A stretch of 16,694 nt of DNA, taken from IMG/VR virus record IMGVR_UViG_2617270968_000003, positions 1-16,694 of that record. One strand, given 5' to 3'. A model generated the notes under the pieces. It saw only the letters and a list, made by a program, of their open reading frames with translations, ran no database searches and was not told the origin of the DNA. The DNA is from a virus (taxonomy: Duplodnaviria > Heunggongvirae > Uroviricota > Caudoviricetes). Shown here in pieces: positions 15,213 through 16,694 of this stretch. How positions within the stretch are numbered: the first letter of the stretch is position 1; each line of letters opens with the position of its first letter. The position numbers and the translations under genes are program-made.

Positions 15213-15958
15213 TATAAGAATCCACTTCTAATTCAAAGCATTACCCCATCAACACTGCGCTCACACGTCCCACCACATCAAAACATGTAAAGCCTTGCAA
15301 GCCATTGTGAGGCCTTATGTGTCTCAGTTTTGTCCCACCTTGTATTACGACTTGCATAGCCAATGAAGATCAACGTGACGACAAACGGCGCAGCAGTCTT
15401 CTTTTCCTTCATACTTTCCCCAATCAGCATACATACTTTCTACCATAACTGTAGTGAATGTCTGTTATGAGCGAGCAAAAGAGATTCAATTACCGGGGAA
15501 TTACTCCGACATAAGCTCTCCCAGAAACACCGGAACAGCGATTCGCATATTCTCTTCTATACTTTCAGTCTGACCGGCTGGAGATTTCATAGCAAGAAAA
15601 TGGATGCGCCAAGACCTATGCGGGAAAGAGGCTGAGGAAATAATTGCCGATAGCACTGTGCCCGCCGAAAAGTTATCTGGCACGCAATGACGCGCGTCCT
15701 TGGGGCATCAGGAATCAGAGAGCCAACTTAACAACCCATTATATATTATTTAACCGGACCGTTACATGTACAAAGTTCAATGATTAGTGATTCTGTGACG
15801 CCACATACAACCTAAGCCCCTGATATAAAACCAGTCTATGCAACACCTAAAAATCATATATGATAGGGTGATAAGTCAACGCGCAGTATAAAAATCAAGC
15901 TAAAAAATGCTTTCAGCATAGTGAATCTATTTCACACTACATAATTAAGGATGAAAAA

Positions 15959-16694
15959 ATGACTGCACCAGTAATTAGTTTTATCAATATGAAAGGTGGG
16001 GTTGGTAAAACAACTTTATGCGTTGGGATTGCTGAGTTTTTAGCCAACCATATGGGGCGCAAGGTTCTAGTTATCGATATTGATCCTCAATTTAATGCCA
16101 CTCAGTCCTTAATGGGGCATTATGATCGAGTAGAAGAATATATGACTGCCCTTCGCCCTAATAATCAAACCATTCGAAAGATTTTTGAGCTTCCAAATTC
16201 ATTAATGGAAGATGAAAAGAAAGTGACACCAGAACAGGTCATTACTAAAGTTTCAGACAATCTTGATATTATCTTAGGTGATATAAACATTATCTTTGAT
16301 ACTAACCAAGAGGGTATTAGAATAAAAATGTTGCGTAAATTCATCACCGAAAATGACTTAAAAGAAAGTTACGACTATATCTTTATCGATAGCCCCCCAA
16401 CAATCTCATTATTTACAGATACCGCACTCCTTGCTTCTGATTATTATCTTACTCCGGTTAAAATTGATCACTACTCGGTGCTTGGAGCAAGCAGTTTAAA
16501 TAGCGTTATAAGAAATATGCGCACACATCATGAGAAAGAAATCAAGCAAGTCGGTTACATTTATACAAACACTGATGCTGAAATGACCAATAAAACAAGG
16601 GAAATTAAAGAGCAATTCGAAAACCATACTCAATTTACAAATTTTTATTTCTTTGAAAATCAATTAACCTACGTGCGTGATTTAATGGTAGGTT
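15959..16694 (+). CDS. ParA/MinD-like ATPase, second copy, 3' end beyond window
   Basis: Identical to 2541..3276 of copy 1 by the repeat offset; same Walker A motif. Confidence 0.8.
   Translation, partial: MTAPVISFINMKGGVGKTTLCVGIAEFLANHMGRKVLVIDIDPQFNATQSLMGHYDRVEEYMTALRPNNQTIRKIFELPNSLMEDEKKVTPEQVITKVSDNLDIILGDINIIFDTNQEGIRIKMLRKFITENDLKESYDYIFIDSPPTISLFTDTALLASDYYLTPVKIDHYSVLGASSLNSVIRNMRTHHEKEIKQVGYIYTNTDAEMTNKTREIKEQFENHTQFTNFYFFENQLTYVRDLMVG

Larger units (their letters stand above)
15165..16694. repeat. Direct repeat copy 2 (start of a second element unit), running to the window edge
   Basis: Same sequence as 1747..3276 at offset 13,418. Confidence 0.85.

Noticed and set aside
1-16694. 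CRISPR arrays, IS elements/transposases, intact tRNA or rRNA genes
   Set aside because: No regularly spaced short repeats, no transposase-like ORFs or terminal inverted repeats, and both tRNA-like sequences are 46-nt 3' fragments only.

Overview
Enterobacterial (E. coli-like) chromosome: the 3' end of the paoABCD aldehyde-oxidoreductase locus (paoC tail, paoD, yagP-like ORF) runs into a thrW-type tRNA-Thr(CGU) attachment site, followed by a 13.4-kb integrase-bearing element. The element (1749..15166) starts with a 46-nt tRNA 3' fragment and ends with xis-int. The next unit then begins again: 1747..3276 is repeated at 15165..16694 (offset 13,418 bp; spot-checked, not fully aligned), so the window holds one full unit plus the start of a second in tandem. 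The backbone is lambdoid: an early operon (HD phosphohydrolase, DUF551, orf, xis, int), an immunity region (cI-like S24 repressor divergent from cro-like, CII-like) and an O-like replication initiator, with no lysis or capsid genes. That fits a defective prophage or a satellite/PICI-like island. Cargo: (i) an AT-rich, translationally coupled three-gene operon led by a ParA/MinD-like ATPase plus two proteins I cannot assign (top candidate for an undescribed system, possibly anti-phage); (ii) a GmrSD-family (DUF262 + DUF1524) type IV restriction enzyme; (iii) an orphan 144-aa gene beside cI; (iv) a GC-rich, hairpin-dense ~400-bp non-coding block with a 15-bp perfect inverted repeat. Remnants include a frameshifted umuC 3' fragment and a tail-fibre collar-domain fragment. 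All protein calls rest on motifs read by eye and remembered family signatures; no database search was run.
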